DNA of 64,000 bases from positions 28,088,001 through 28,152,000 of the forward strand of contig NC_087437.1 of NCBI RefSeq assembly GCF_036321535.1. The letters run 5' to 3'. This document shows, one piece after another, positions 1 through 12,504 of the stretch. The notes under the pieces were generated by a model that was not told where the DNA came from, searched no databases, and worked only from the letters and a program-made list of their open reading frames with translations. Position numbers and translations under genes: made by a program. The stretch's first letter is position 1. Every line of letters begins with the position of its first letter. Source of the stretch: Camelus dromedarius. Lineage: Eukaryota.

Positions 1-3000
1 ACATGTCAAAGAGTCTTTGAGGAAAGGTGGAGGACATGAAGCTTCCCATTAAGAGTTTTGTTACATCCTCAGTCCCGTATCTCTGTGGTTCCTGGGTGGT
101 AACTGATTGTTTCAAATACACTTTTAATAATTATTTAAGACAGGGGCCTTATTTTATTGTCTGTCTTTACCTCAGACAGAGGCTCATGTAGTATTTAGCC
201 ATAAAAGGGATAATTTAAACATATCATTAACTAATTTATTACCAAATATATATATAGAAGGTGGCATCTTTCTATGGAAAGTTTTGGATAATATGCTGTA
301 ATTTATTAAAGGTAAGTTAATTTGTTTTTTAAACCTCACTTGCCAATCAAAATACAACATACATCATTGGTTCACTGATTTCAAGCAGGCCATTCCATTG
401 CTTGCCTTACATGGGACACAGATTCATGAGGGTAATGGGAGCCCCAGAGTTCATGGCCATGGAAAGAGAATATCATTGAGTTATGAGCTGTGGGAATTTA
501 AAGATATAAGAGGTCAGTGAACTGGGTCTCATAGGACATGAGGACACAGCAACTATGAAACACAAGAAAGTAAACTTTGTGACAGAAAAAAAAATATATA
601 GAGAACATAAAAAGGCAAGTAACTAAAAGATCTTTGAAACAATCATACAAAACTTCAACTATTGATGGATAATATTACTATGTGAATACTAGTATGAAGA
701 AAATAGATGTTCTGCCAGTAAGAATAAAATGTTGCCCATTCAAAATTATAGGTCTCAATCATGCATTATCAAGAGTTAGAATTTTTAGCCTGTAAACACT
801 GTGTCTCAGGGATTTTTAAATCTCAGAGGAAAATGCAAGTCCAAAAAATAAACATTGTAATTAAGTCCATTCTGTTCAGTATAGTTATTTCTAATCCAGA
901 ATTTGAAAAGCTCTATGCCCATGGGGCTCCTCTATCAAGGCATGACCTCTGGTACCTGGGAACTATGCAACAGCCTCTGTGCATAGATGTGTAGACATTG
1001 TTTTAGAGAAATGTTAATTAGCTATCTTGAAATGTCTTGCTGACTTATTATAGATATGCAGGTTCCTCTGTTTTACAACTAAAAATGACCTAATGTCAGT
1101 TTTGTAAGGAAAAAGTCCATTGAGGGGTGAGTGGGCATGTGATTCATGTTCTTACCATCTGTCATAAGAAGACTGGTCTTAGCCATCTTGGAGGTAGGAG
1201 GAATCATTCAATAGGACTGGAAAATTCTAAGCGTTTATCCCCTGTCCTCATCAAAGAATGTCTGTAACAGAGGACATAGGATGGTGGAGCTGCTCTAGTC
1301 TAGGAACCTTTTTGGAATTAAGCATGGGCTTAATTTTTCCCTTCAAGACAAAAGAGTGCCAATTCTACAAAACAGAACACTCGTATCTCTTGGCCCTGAT
1401 AAGGCCCCCATAATTCTAACCTCCTAAGATTGTGCCAGATTAGGTTCCTGTATTTACAGGGACAAAGGAACATTAAGGAACATTTCTTTCTCTTATGGAT
1501 GGTCCCTTTTGTCAGAACAACAGTGTAACATCCTTTTTCTAGTTTATTTTAGTCAATCCTACATGGAAGTTATAAAGATTTTTATTGCCAAAGTTAAGAC
1601 AACTTATTTTACATTTCATTTCTTTCTCTTTATGATACTTACATAGTTTGAAATGAAATACATTAAACTGGCAGAAATTTAAGAGCACAACCATATAAAT
1701 GATAGTATGATAAACACTATCAAAAGAATATTTATTTGCTATTATCATTGCATCTAATAGCAATATGTAACTTTAAGCTGAGACAGGTGCGGATCTAGAG
1801 GTACATAATTTCCCCTCAGGATTATGCAGCAATTATTTATGTGATGACATAAATAATAGGCTTAAGTTTCATGATTCAAACAAGCTACACAGCTTCAAGT
1901 CATTTATCATTTAGCTCCTTAAAGGTAATAAGACGCTGAAACAGAACCATTTTCAGTTCAGACTTAATGATCCTAATCATGAGTCATGTTTTCTCATTGT
2001 ACAGTAAATTTTATTATTCTATTTTTAACTGGTAAGTGCCTGAAGGAAACTGGGAATAAAATGAATCAACACCCAACACTTATTTCCTATATCCTTCTTT
2101 CCCTTTAGGCCTAGACAAACAGTTTAATACAGTTTAGGCCTAGACATACAGTTTAAATACATACTTAACTGTATGTATTTAAGAAATTTAGAAATGAATT
2201 TATTGTAGTTGAGAGTGAGAGGAACGGCTGTCTTCTTATTTAATGAGCAGAGTGGGGTTAAAGAATGTGATTTCCTTCTGTCTTAAATGTGAAGCCATGA
2301 AGAAAGATTGGGGCTGCTGAGCTGGGATATTACAGGGAAGAGAAAGAAGCAGAGTTCAGGTCACTGAATCTTACGGTGACCCCTCCTGACATCCGTAGCC
2401 GTAATCACACAGGCCCCCCTGCCCATCTGCTACATCCACACTGGAGAGATGCGTTATTCCTTCCTTGGCAGTGGATACCTGCAAGAAAGGGAGGACTCCT
2501 AGACATTCTGGGAACGTACTGTGTGGTGCTTTATATCACTAGTATTTGTAACTTCCTGCAGAGAGGACCTGTGTCTGCTCACCAAAAGAAGGGATTGTCA
2601 AGAAGTTGTATCTGTAAATACTTGTTTCATCATAAAATGTTTCCAAGAAGTATTTATTTCATGACTCTAAGGGAAAAAAGAGACAAAGGTGAGGGAGAAA
2701 ATGTCACAATGTTGTTTTTATTTTTGTTTCAAATTAGGTACTCTCATGAAGACAAGGCAGGGTCTTCTTTGAGTCACTCTTATGTGCCCTAGTGCACCTA
2801 GCTCAGGCTCTGCCAACGGGCAGTATCAAAACACACACTGGTAGGAAGAGTGATCTTGGATTATAGGGGGAGATGTGTGTGTGTAAAATTATATATATAT
2901 ATATACACACACTGATATGTAGTTATATATTATCGCATGTAATTATAAATAAATGAATAATGTAACATATTATTTCTGTGGCAAGTGCCAGTTAGTAATG

Positions 3001-3021
3001 ATAGCAATATAAAGATTTATG

Positions 3022-3243
3022 GAGTGGTGTGCTGATAAATGTTTAGCAACCATCTCTTTGTGAAAAATAGGAGTTGGGAGGAAGGTGGTACTGATTTAAA
3101 GGACTTGACAATTTCCATTGTTTGAATATTCCAATTAAGGCCAACTTCAGACTACTACCTTGACCTCAACTAGCTCAAAAAATTCCTTAAAATGTAACAA
3201 TAGGTTCTTATGAGCTGGTGTGAGTGAGAACCAGCACACCATT
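3022..3243. mobile_element. MER63-type hAT DNA transposon remnant
   Basis: Inverted termini AGTGGTGTGCTG...CAGCACACCA; interior resembles recalled MER63A. Confidence 0.75.
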
Positions 3244-4167
3244 TGCTGTGTATGGATGGATCTGCTTATTCGAGTGAATAGGTGGGCTGTAAGGCATCTG
3301 CTTATGTGAAGATGCTTTCTGAATATCAGAAGAGATTACTTTTTTGTTTCACAGTACTCTAGATATTACTATTCTAATTACCCAGTGGCCTTCTGTGACC
3401 TGCACCACAATATAATAAATCAAGTTATAATTTCATCAACAATGGACAGTTTATCAGCTGGGTACAACTTGCTGGATACAGTTAATCTTTAGACAATAAT
3501 GATTAAATTATTTTAAAATTTTAACTGGCATCTATTTATAGTGTACATACATATTTGGCTCTGAAATCCAGTGATATATGGACTATGAAAGAAATTTAAT
3601 ATCATTATGTTATATGTAAGAAATTATTGTTTTAGTGATACAAGAAGTTTCATTACTTAAACTATAACTACTATTCTCATTTTTACTTACCATTATTTTC
3701 AGAAGTCACCTTCTAATTCTCATTTCTATTTTTCCTTCAAATGACCTTTGGCAAGGATAAATTGTGTAATTAATGGGGAAAAAAAACAGTATAATATATT
3801 GGAACTTTCTCTTGTCCAGAATAACTCTCTGGTTATACTTGGTACATCTTTGAAACCTTTAAAAAGTACTTTTTAGACAGATTTAAAACGTAATGTAGGG
3901 ACAAAGATAAAATGTCAAGTTAAAAATTAATCAAAGCATCAAAGCTCCTCCAAGTAATTTCACTCATTTCTAATATCACTTACATTCCTCCTAATTTTTG
4001 TACAATAACAAGGCAATGTTCTTTTATTTCTAGTATTGAAGGAGCCACTACACATAACTACGATATGGAAATATAAGAACATATGCATTAACAGTGTGAT
4101 TTATTCCTGTTATTTTAAAGAAACTATTATTAATTTATAATATTTGATTTAAATTCCTGTGTTGGGA

Positions 4168-4725
4168 GCCTTCTGCTTCTGGGAAAATGGAACAGTCATA
4201 GTTTTTCCTGTTCTTTCTGTCAACTGCAACTGAAAACGTAAGAAGATTCTGAAAGAGGGAGAGAAGAAGGCAGATCAGCTAGAGACTTTGGTACCCAGGA
4301 AATGACACAGTGGTAACTTCCCTTGGTTGTTTTTTATTTGTTTATTTGTTGTTGTTGTCTGCCTCATGTATACCAGGCTTGTAGATAAAGAAGCACAACC
4401 TAAAAATGGCAACAGGCACAGACAGAAAAAAGAGCCCCAATAAAAGCCTATTCTCTCTAGCTAAGAAGAAAGGAGAGGGACCGTCTAGCAAGATAGAAAC
4501 CTTTAAAAACATTCCAGTTAAATCAAATACCAAACGCCAGTGCGGGAAAAAATTGGCCCACTCCCACCCATGCCAGCAAAGTCTGACTGAGGAGCCTGGA
4601 CTTCTACTCAGTCTGTGAAAGCACCTCAAACTCTCCTGGAAGGAGCCCGGACTTATCCCCACTGGGCAGCATCAAGGCACTTCCCCTCCCGCTACTCCCC
4701 GCTGGGGTGGGGGCAGAGGAGGCCC
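4168..4725 (+). mobile_element. Ancient L1M 5'-region fragment
   Basis: Starts CTTCTGCTTCTGGGAAAATGG and is purine-rich, resembling old L1MC/L1MD 5' ends from memory. Confidence 0.5.
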
Positions 4726-7700
4726 AGTGGACAGCGTTCACATTCCTTGCTTTAGTGCCCTGACTCAGGTGGGAACTCTTTTCTCAGTTCACATTAACTT
4801 TTTCTCTGCACATATAATTTTCTCCTGCTGCCTCGTTCATGCCACAAAATCGCATCCTTGGTCTTTGCCTTTTATTTTTCGGTTTAATAGTACATGTTAC
4901 ATTACTGACTTTCCGCCTAGAAAACATTATTTTATTTTTTAATTTCCCTAAAATTAAAAATAATAAAATTTTACCTATAAATTTATGTTTATCTGGCAGA
5001 ATGCTTATAAATAAATTTTTTAAATTATGACTGCAAATATTTTCAATTTTGTAAAGGCATTGTATGCAAACTAAAATTATCAAAAACATATCAATTCTAG
5101 CAAAATCTTCCCATCTGTGTAAATAAAACTCGACAGTTATAAGGTTAATGGAGGCAGCAGATTGTCTTAATTAAAATAAATATGCAACAGACCTAGTAAG
5201 ATATAAGCCAGCTTTCATGAATTTTGCTAATTTTTACTATCAGCAGTGAATTTATTGATTGCTATTAGTGAAGTACGTGTTCTTCCCCATTAATTCTTGT
5301 TCTTTGATCTTGACATGCATGGATCTGTGCTTCCAAACATTCCCCAAGTCAGCACCATTCTTTAATATCCTGGGTTCTAAGAGGATTTTCTCCCCATTTC
5401 TATGGTTTTGTTTCCTTCATTTTCTTCTTGAGTTCACAAGTCGTGGGACTGTGTGATAGAATTTTTTTCCTGCATTCCCTCCCCCTGCAGACTATCTGAG
5501 AGGCTGGGTTTTCATTTCTCTAGTGAATAATATTTGGAAACTTCTGTCCTCTTTTTCTGTATACAAAATTCTCTCTGCTATTTAAAAGGAGGCTTGAGTA
5601 GTAACCAAAGGTGGACAAGGCCCTTGCATTAGTCACTGATCCACATGTTAACAAAAATTAATTGTGAAAATTTCAAGCACTCCGTTGGATTCTAAATTAA
5701 TCAGCACACCAATACTCTGATTACTTTAAGTTGAAACTGATACCCTGTGAGTCTTGAATAGGATTATAAAGTTTATACAAAGAATAATCACTGAAACATT
5801 AATTCACTTATTATTTAGAAGCTGACATTTTGCAAAGAGTATTTGAAACAGTTTATAATAATTTTTAGATAATAGTAAAACCACTGACGCCAGAGTAAAC
5901 AAATCTAGCTAATGTATTAACTGTAGTCAAACTCACAACCAGGAATTTTCTAGAAGCCTGGGACAATAAGGAAACATGAAATGGCAGAAAAGATAGAGGG
6001 AAAAAATTCTCAATTGGTACTACATTTTTAAGAGGAAGTTATCATAGGGTAGAACCAGGTAATTTTTATTTAAATAAGAGCTACTATATTCAAGACAGCA
6101 AGAGTGGTATCTTTAATTGATAGGGGCTTCCTGGAGCACTCTGTTACAGAATATTCTGAGGTTAAGTTTGAGCACAGCAGAAACAACAGCATGATTAATG
6201 TCTACCATGGACTCAAGCAGGAAGGCAGGTGGCCCTTGTTATTTGCCATCCGTAACTCCACTCATCAATTTGCTTCATTTTTTTGTGAAAATCAAGGCTC
6301 AGATAATGCTGTAAATTTTTCAAGGTTGCATTTTAAATATTTGACTTTGCAAATCAACAAAAGAGGAGATTACAGAAAATCTAGATATTTAACAGTGTAA
6401 TAAAAATTCTATCTTCTAAGGATTCAAACAATAACAGCATCATATTGTAGACTATCTTCATGTGGGATAAGACTGTTGAAAATTTTAAGCAGATTTGAGT
6501 GCAAAAATTCACAAGTGCCTTGAGGTTAGGTTTTATACCTTCTTTATCCTTATATTTCCCATATTGCCCTGCTAAGTTAGGAGGATAGCCTAGAACTTAG
6601 GAGAAAAGAGAGAGATCAGATACTGGTTTGTGGAGAGATTTTCTAATCTACTTTTTCTCCTCTCACAATGCTTGGTATTTAACATTCAAGAATCTAGTGT
6701 CATTGAAACGTTTGTTTTTATTTTCCCTGTATTCTAATCTCTGCTACAAATTAGTATTTCACCATTTCCAGTTCTTAATAGATATACATGGAGGTCATTA
6801 AAAGATGTACAGTGAAGGAGGAAAGAATGGTAGAAAACGGAATGGGCATTTTTATTCAAAAGGTTTGCTTGGGGTTTGGCGGTTAAGGCCCTATCAGTGG
6901 TAAAACAAATTGATGCAGCTGGTGCATTTAATTGTGGTCACAGTGTAAACACAGAATTTTGTTTAGAGCGAAGGGTCTTTTGGCATAAGTTTTTGTATTT
7001 TGCGTTCCTTTGGCAGTGAGAAATTCCTGGCTGACTCAGGTTTGTCATGTCCCTCCCCTGAACACAGAGGTATGATGAAGGGTCAAACGGCTGGATCCTC
7101 TTTCTCAAGCTTCCTGTTATTTTTCTTTCTTTCTTTTTTGTTAATCAAAATAGATAACGTTAGGCTTCAGTCTAGGGATGGATCAAAGAGTGGTTTTTCT
7201 CCTCTTCCAACAGGAAACAGTATATATATATGGTTCTCAGGGAGGGCTCCCTAGTACTCTCTTCTCCCTAGTGTTCAGCCTGGCATCTCCACTGCATACA
7301 GAACATCCCCCATTGCTCCCAAAGTCAGCCTTTCCTGTCCATGTGTATCCCTCCTAACCACCCAGAGCCTGATGTCCTTGTGCTTAGGATGGGGGAGCTC
7401 TATGCAATAATTTCTAAGCATTTCTCCAGATCTGACAGCCCATGCTAGGCATTTTGATCAGCAATTCTTTTAAATAATACAAGTGATGTTGGGTTTTAAA
7501 GTTAGGTTAACATGAGAAAAATACTGCTTACAGACACATAAATAATACATACTTGTGTTGGGTTGGGGGTATATTTTGAAAGGCAGTATTTGAAACATTT
7601 TGTTAACTTTTTACATTGTTTAATTGTGATTGTCAAGACTGCTACAGTCTAAAAATTCTTCATTATACTATATTACAATATTGCCCTAATGGTGAAGTCA

Positions 7701-9454
7701 AATTTTATTAGTCTTGCAGTATAATAAATCAGCATAAAACATACTGAAAAAACTAATAATTGCATCAATAATTTTGTTTTACAGTTAAAGATAGTAATAC
7801 AAGGGAATCACATCACTAAATGTTTTATTAGTGAAGACAGGTAATTTTTAAAATTTAAATTCATAACAATCACAGAGCACTTAGCTCTCTTAATGAACGT
7901 ATTTCTCATACTCCAGGGAATTTTGAAAATCTCTCAATTCAATTACAAATGTTCAATGGAAGTTAATGAGACTGATTTCTTGTTCTTTGTTCCAAGGGTA
8001 AATAATATATTAGAACAAGCAAGGGGTGCAAGATGGGGAATGGTTAATTAGTATGCAGTTGAAAGTGCTTATATGTACATCAAAACAATGAACTAGCTGT
8101 TCTTTGTTTTGTGTTGTTTTCATAAATAATACAAAATATTCCAAGAATCAAGGAAATTTGTACAAAACACAATAAATGTGATTGGAAAGACAGTAGTTGG
8201 ATAGCCAATTGACAAATGAATAAGCTATTTCAATATTTCAGGCACTCTCCTTTTTTAATCAAAAAGGCTATATATAACTTGTATAGTTACGAATGAAAAT
8301 TGTCTCTATAATTTCACACAAATGTCTGAATTTCACATCAGGAAAACAAGACATTATTTTTGTAGGGAAACACTAATGATTAACATTTATCATGTATTAT
8401 TAAAAAATCATTTTGCTGTTAGAATTTGAGTATAAACTGAAAAATAAAAGGTGAATATGCTGTGTTTCTAGACTATTACTAGTTCAAAGAACTTAGAATC
8501 TTTTCAGCTGTAGCCAGGTATTTTTTAACAAGTAACACGTTTTAAGTCAGCAGAGAACAATTCTCTTGCATTTTGCTGAGCAATAATAAACATGGCACAT
8601 TTTATTCAATAGGATAAGAAACAAAGAAGCAGCGATGTACAAATTTGCTTTATTAATGTGACTCTTACATGACAAGGGTTTTTATATCAAGAGGAAACAT
8701 TGCTTTGCCTCAGCTGGAATGCCCGTCTTAGATAAACTACTTTTCATGGTAAAGTAAATTTGGTCAGTAGATGTTTTGTTTGAGTTTTAGAATCTGGAAG
8801 AATTTAGAGAATATCTATACATACCCTCTAGAATATTTTCTCTTTTGCTGTTCTCTTAATTTCTTTTTTCCTATCTAAACCCATTCTTTGAATAGAGAAA
8901 TAACCAGATAGCCTTGGGTAAGTCTACCCAGCCCAGCAACACCAAAATATCTTTCTCAGTAATCTTATTCATTTCATTCATTTCTCTTTGGAGTCATATT
9001 GTTGTTATTATTATTATTGCCCTTAAGGGTTTGGGAGAAATTGAATTGAATTAATTGTCCTCCTCTTTCCCTGCTTGTGATTCTTTGATGATCAGTGTGA
9101 CCCTTAGACAAGCTTGTTTTCAACTTAGATTTGTTCGTGCTGTTGAAAGAAATGTGTCTTGTAAACATGCGTACAGCTGTTGCTAGCAGAACCTTCCCAT
9201 AAACACTTTATTTATTTTAAATGTGTCTAGTTGTCTAATTTCTTACCTAAAATGATCTGTTCTGTTTAGTTGGTGGATTTAAGTACTTAAATTTGATAAC
9301 CAGTAAATCTGATAACCAGTAATTAAACTTAGTGTTCATTTTAAACTTATTTTTATAGATTAAAAGACATGAAATTGCCATACATAAATAAAATAAAAAT
9401 TATCCAGTATCAGTAATTTTATGTTTAGACCTAATATTTTCTTCTTTACCATGA

Positions 9455-9700
9455 GAGGGACAGAATAACAGTCAAAAGCTTGAGTTCAGGAGTCAAACAG
9501 ACATGACTTCGAATGATAGACCATTTACTAGCTGTGTGATTGCAGATAATTATTTAATCTTTGTTTGGCCTTAGTTTCTTCATCTTAAAATTAGGGATAG
9601 TAATAGTGTGCACTGCATTAAATTATTGTGAATATTAAAGGAATTAATGCACCCAGAGTGTTGTTATAGAGTGCTTAAAAATGTTTAAGTTATTATTAAC
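9455..9700 (+). mobile_element. MIR SINE
   Basis: MIR core CCATTTACTAGCTGTGTGA...CCTTAGTTTCTTCATCTTAAAATTAGGGATAGTAATAG. Confidence 0.85.
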
Positions 9701-10377
9701 ATTGAATTTAATTAATATTTTTATTTAACTGTCTTCCTCATTTTTTTTTTCCTCTTCAATTTCCTGACTAGTTCTCCTGGTTTATAAGAACTGCTCTTGC
9801 ATTCCTAGCCCATTGCATTTTCACATATTATCTCATTTGATACTAGGAACTTTATGAGGTTTATGGGGTAGAAATTATTATCCCTCTTTACAAGGAAACC
9901 AAGTTTTGTTATCTTTTCAAAGAACATGCAAAGCCACATGAGAATTTTCACGAAGCTGCCTTTTATAAGGTCATTTCCAAATGGATATTCCTGGGGAGCA
10001 AATATTCTAACACTGATGGCATTATGTTGGCATGACCATTGTGAATAAGTCTTCTCATTTATTATAAACTTCTATAATAGTCAGCATTTATTTAGCTATT
10101 AAGTGGTAAAGCCAAGGTCTGAAAGGAGGCAGTTTGCCTCCAGGACCTATGCTCTTTAACCAGCACACTGTATTACTTCTTAGTAAATTATACTGCAAAC
10201 TTTACTGTCTTTCAAAGTTTCATTTCTCCACAACCAGTAGATTTCAACATGTCACATTGTTTCTAAAACAAAACAAAACTAAACAAGACTAAAATTTTTT
10301 AAAAAAACCCAAAACATTGCCCCATTGAAATTTTATGTGCTGAATAGAAATCATTTCCTAGGAGATCTGTACTCCCA

Positions 10378-10542
10378 CAGGCAAGACTGCTCCAGTCCAG
10401 TGCAAAATAAAATTGCAGGGCTCCGTGTTAAAAAGTTAAAAATTCCGATTAGAATGTGACAGTAGTGCATTAAGTCCAGTGGTCCTTTAGAGCATGGACC
10501 TTGTGTGACTAAAAGGTAGGACATCCATGACATGGGCCTTGG
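10378..10542 (-). mobile_element. MER45A-type hAT MITE
   Basis: CCAGTGCAAAATAAAATTGCAGGGCTCC; homologous to the copy at 45241. Confidence 0.7.
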
Positions 10543-11139
10543 CCCTGTGTATCTGTCCTTCTGCAGACCTCAGTAAAGCCTCACTTTATGAATGGAACAG
10601 AAGCACTGGAGACCTCTCACTGAGTCTATCTCAGGATCAATTTGATTTCTCCATTGAGAGCATCCTAAGGCAGTGGGACCTTCAGTGAAGTAAGACTCGG
10701 GAGGGAAGCAAGGCTACCAGGTCTGATTACTGGTTCTGTGAGAAAGAAGAAGTATAGACCACTTTTCATCTTAACAGTCCAGAGTGAGATGGTGGTCAGG
10801 ATGTGGGGAGAAGAAAGAGGAAGCTCTGGGGAACTCCCACCACCCTGCAAAGAGGGAATCACCCTTGTCTTTCATCATAATAGTGGCAGAAACCTGTGAA
10901 ATATATCCGTGCACCTTGGTTGTTTGGAAAGGGTCTGTGTTAATTTATGTTTAACATAGCACTGGTCATTCAAATGCTTTGTTTTTTTTGCCCTTTCAAA
11001 ATTGTAGACAAAAATGATGTTTTTAGTCTTCCTTCTGAAAGTAGAATAGAGTTAAATTTCTGAAAAGTAGTTGTCATTAATTTTTAGACTTTGATTCAAT
11101 CTGTGGTATACGTCATTCAATCTTGGAGACAATCGCGAA

Positions 11140-11370
11140 TCAGAGCAGGTGTTTGTAGAATCAAAATATATAGGTTTAAACTCAGGTCCCTCTCCTTACT
11201 AATTCTGTGACCTTGGGAAAGTTAATTAACCTCTCTGAGCCTCAATTTTTTTAATCTGTAAAGTGAGAAAAGTTTTGAAATAGTAACCTCAGAAGATCTT
11301 TATAAGTATTCAATATGTAAAGGTGCTTAGTGCAATACCTGGCATACCACAAGAACTCAACAAATTATAT
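11140..11370 (+). mobile_element. MIR SINE
   Basis: CTGTGACCTTGGGAAAGTTAATTAACCTCTCTGAGCCTCAATTT...ATCTGTAAAGTG. Confidence 0.85.
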
Positions 11371-12159
11371 AGATATCATTTCATATAAATATGTATGCTT
11401 TTCATTTACAAGTACATTTGTATTTCATGCATGTATATATTTTTAAGTATAGAATATATGTATGTAAGTACATACATGTATATATTTATAAAATACATTT
11501 TTTAAGTTTCTGAGTTTTGGGTTCTCATGTATTGGAGAAAGAGAAATGCTTGGCTAAAGGGGCTGGCTATAATGGTTTCTTTTTGGGCTTCTGCCTGTCA
11601 TTGCCAACTCAACATTCAACTTTTATGGCATTCAAATTAAATTACTACTTCCTGCACAATTAGGGACTTTCTCAGCATCATCCCGGTGCTTCAAATCAAG
11701 CAAACTGAGTGTTTACTTGAATATAAAACTAACATAATCCTCAGAAAAAAAACAGATGTTTCCTGTCTGAAATGGTGTTACTGTGCTTCCAGGTGCTATG
11801 TAGATCGTCGATTTGGATGTATAAATTGCCTTCTGTTGAGGTTTTCTTAGACACCACCTTTCTCCCTAATCCCTGGCCACCTGATGTATTTTTTATGTCT
11901 CTGGATTTTTATGTCACTGAAAATAGAATGGAAAATATCTGAAGCTCTAGTATCCCTTTTGATAGTACACTGACAGAGCATGCATCCAGATTTGCCTCCA
12001 AAATTTCAGTTTTATAGTTCCCTCAAATTTGTTGGTAACAGCTGTTTAGTTATTACATGTTTGATACAGAATTCATCAAAATTTGTGAATTTAAAAAATG
12101 AAGAAAACGCAGAAGCAACTGTAAACTCAACATAAACAGTGCTTACCTTTTCTTATTAT

Positions 12160-12440
12160 TTAAATATGCAAATAAACATGAAAATGAGTGCTTCCCTGTT
12201 GTTTTTCTAATGAATGGAATAATTTCAACAGTAGTCTTTTAAAAAATTTGTTAAATGTGTTTTCCATGAAATGAGTAATTTGTTTTGTGTCTTGACTTCT
12301 CAGGAAGTTCCCTTACTTGGACATCTTGACTTTGAGGTTTGACTGAATAAATTTCTCCTGGACTTTTGAATTATTAATCTTGGCTGCATGATATGCAAAT
12401 TAGACTGCACTAAGTATGGCCAGCAGCACAGCACTGGGTC
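12160..12440 (+). promoter_or_regulatory. SUCNR1: Putative SUCNR1 proximal promoter
   Basis: Directly upstream of exon 1. Octamers ATGCAAAT at 12166-12173 and 12393-12400, TTCCATGAA at 12262-12270, and TTCTCAGGAA at 12297-12306 overlapping the ETS core CAGGAAGT. Confidence 0.6.
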
Positions 12441-12504
12441 AGAAGCTGCATCAAGTTGCTGGCAAAGAATTTCTTTCAAGGGATCGGGGCCTTCCGACAG
12501 AATG
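12440..12504 (+). other. SUCNR1: SUCNR1 exon 1 (mostly 5' UTR); 5' boundary approximate
   Basis: Ends at the GTAAGC donor and resembles the recalled human 5' UTR. The transcription start cannot be fixed from sequence. Confidence 0.65.
12502..12504 (+). CDS. SUCNR1: SUCNR1 start codon: a lone ATG at the 3' end of exon 1
   Basis: CCGACAGAATG|GTAAGC has A at -3 and a strong GT donor at 12505. A phase-0 join to 18543 gives M-A-W-N-A-T-C and G at +4. The sequence resembles the human SUCNR1 5' exon end as recalled (...TCTTCCAACAGAATG). Confidence 0.8.

Noticed and set aside
9290..9322. 16-bp tandem duplication containing TGATAACCAGTAA
   Set aside because: An ordinary short slippage duplication with no other signal.
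1..12100. Exons of AADAC-family genes, which lie upstream of SUCNR1 in human (recalled)
   Set aside because: No esterase-like peptide was visible in the ORF track or by eye; short exons could have been missed.
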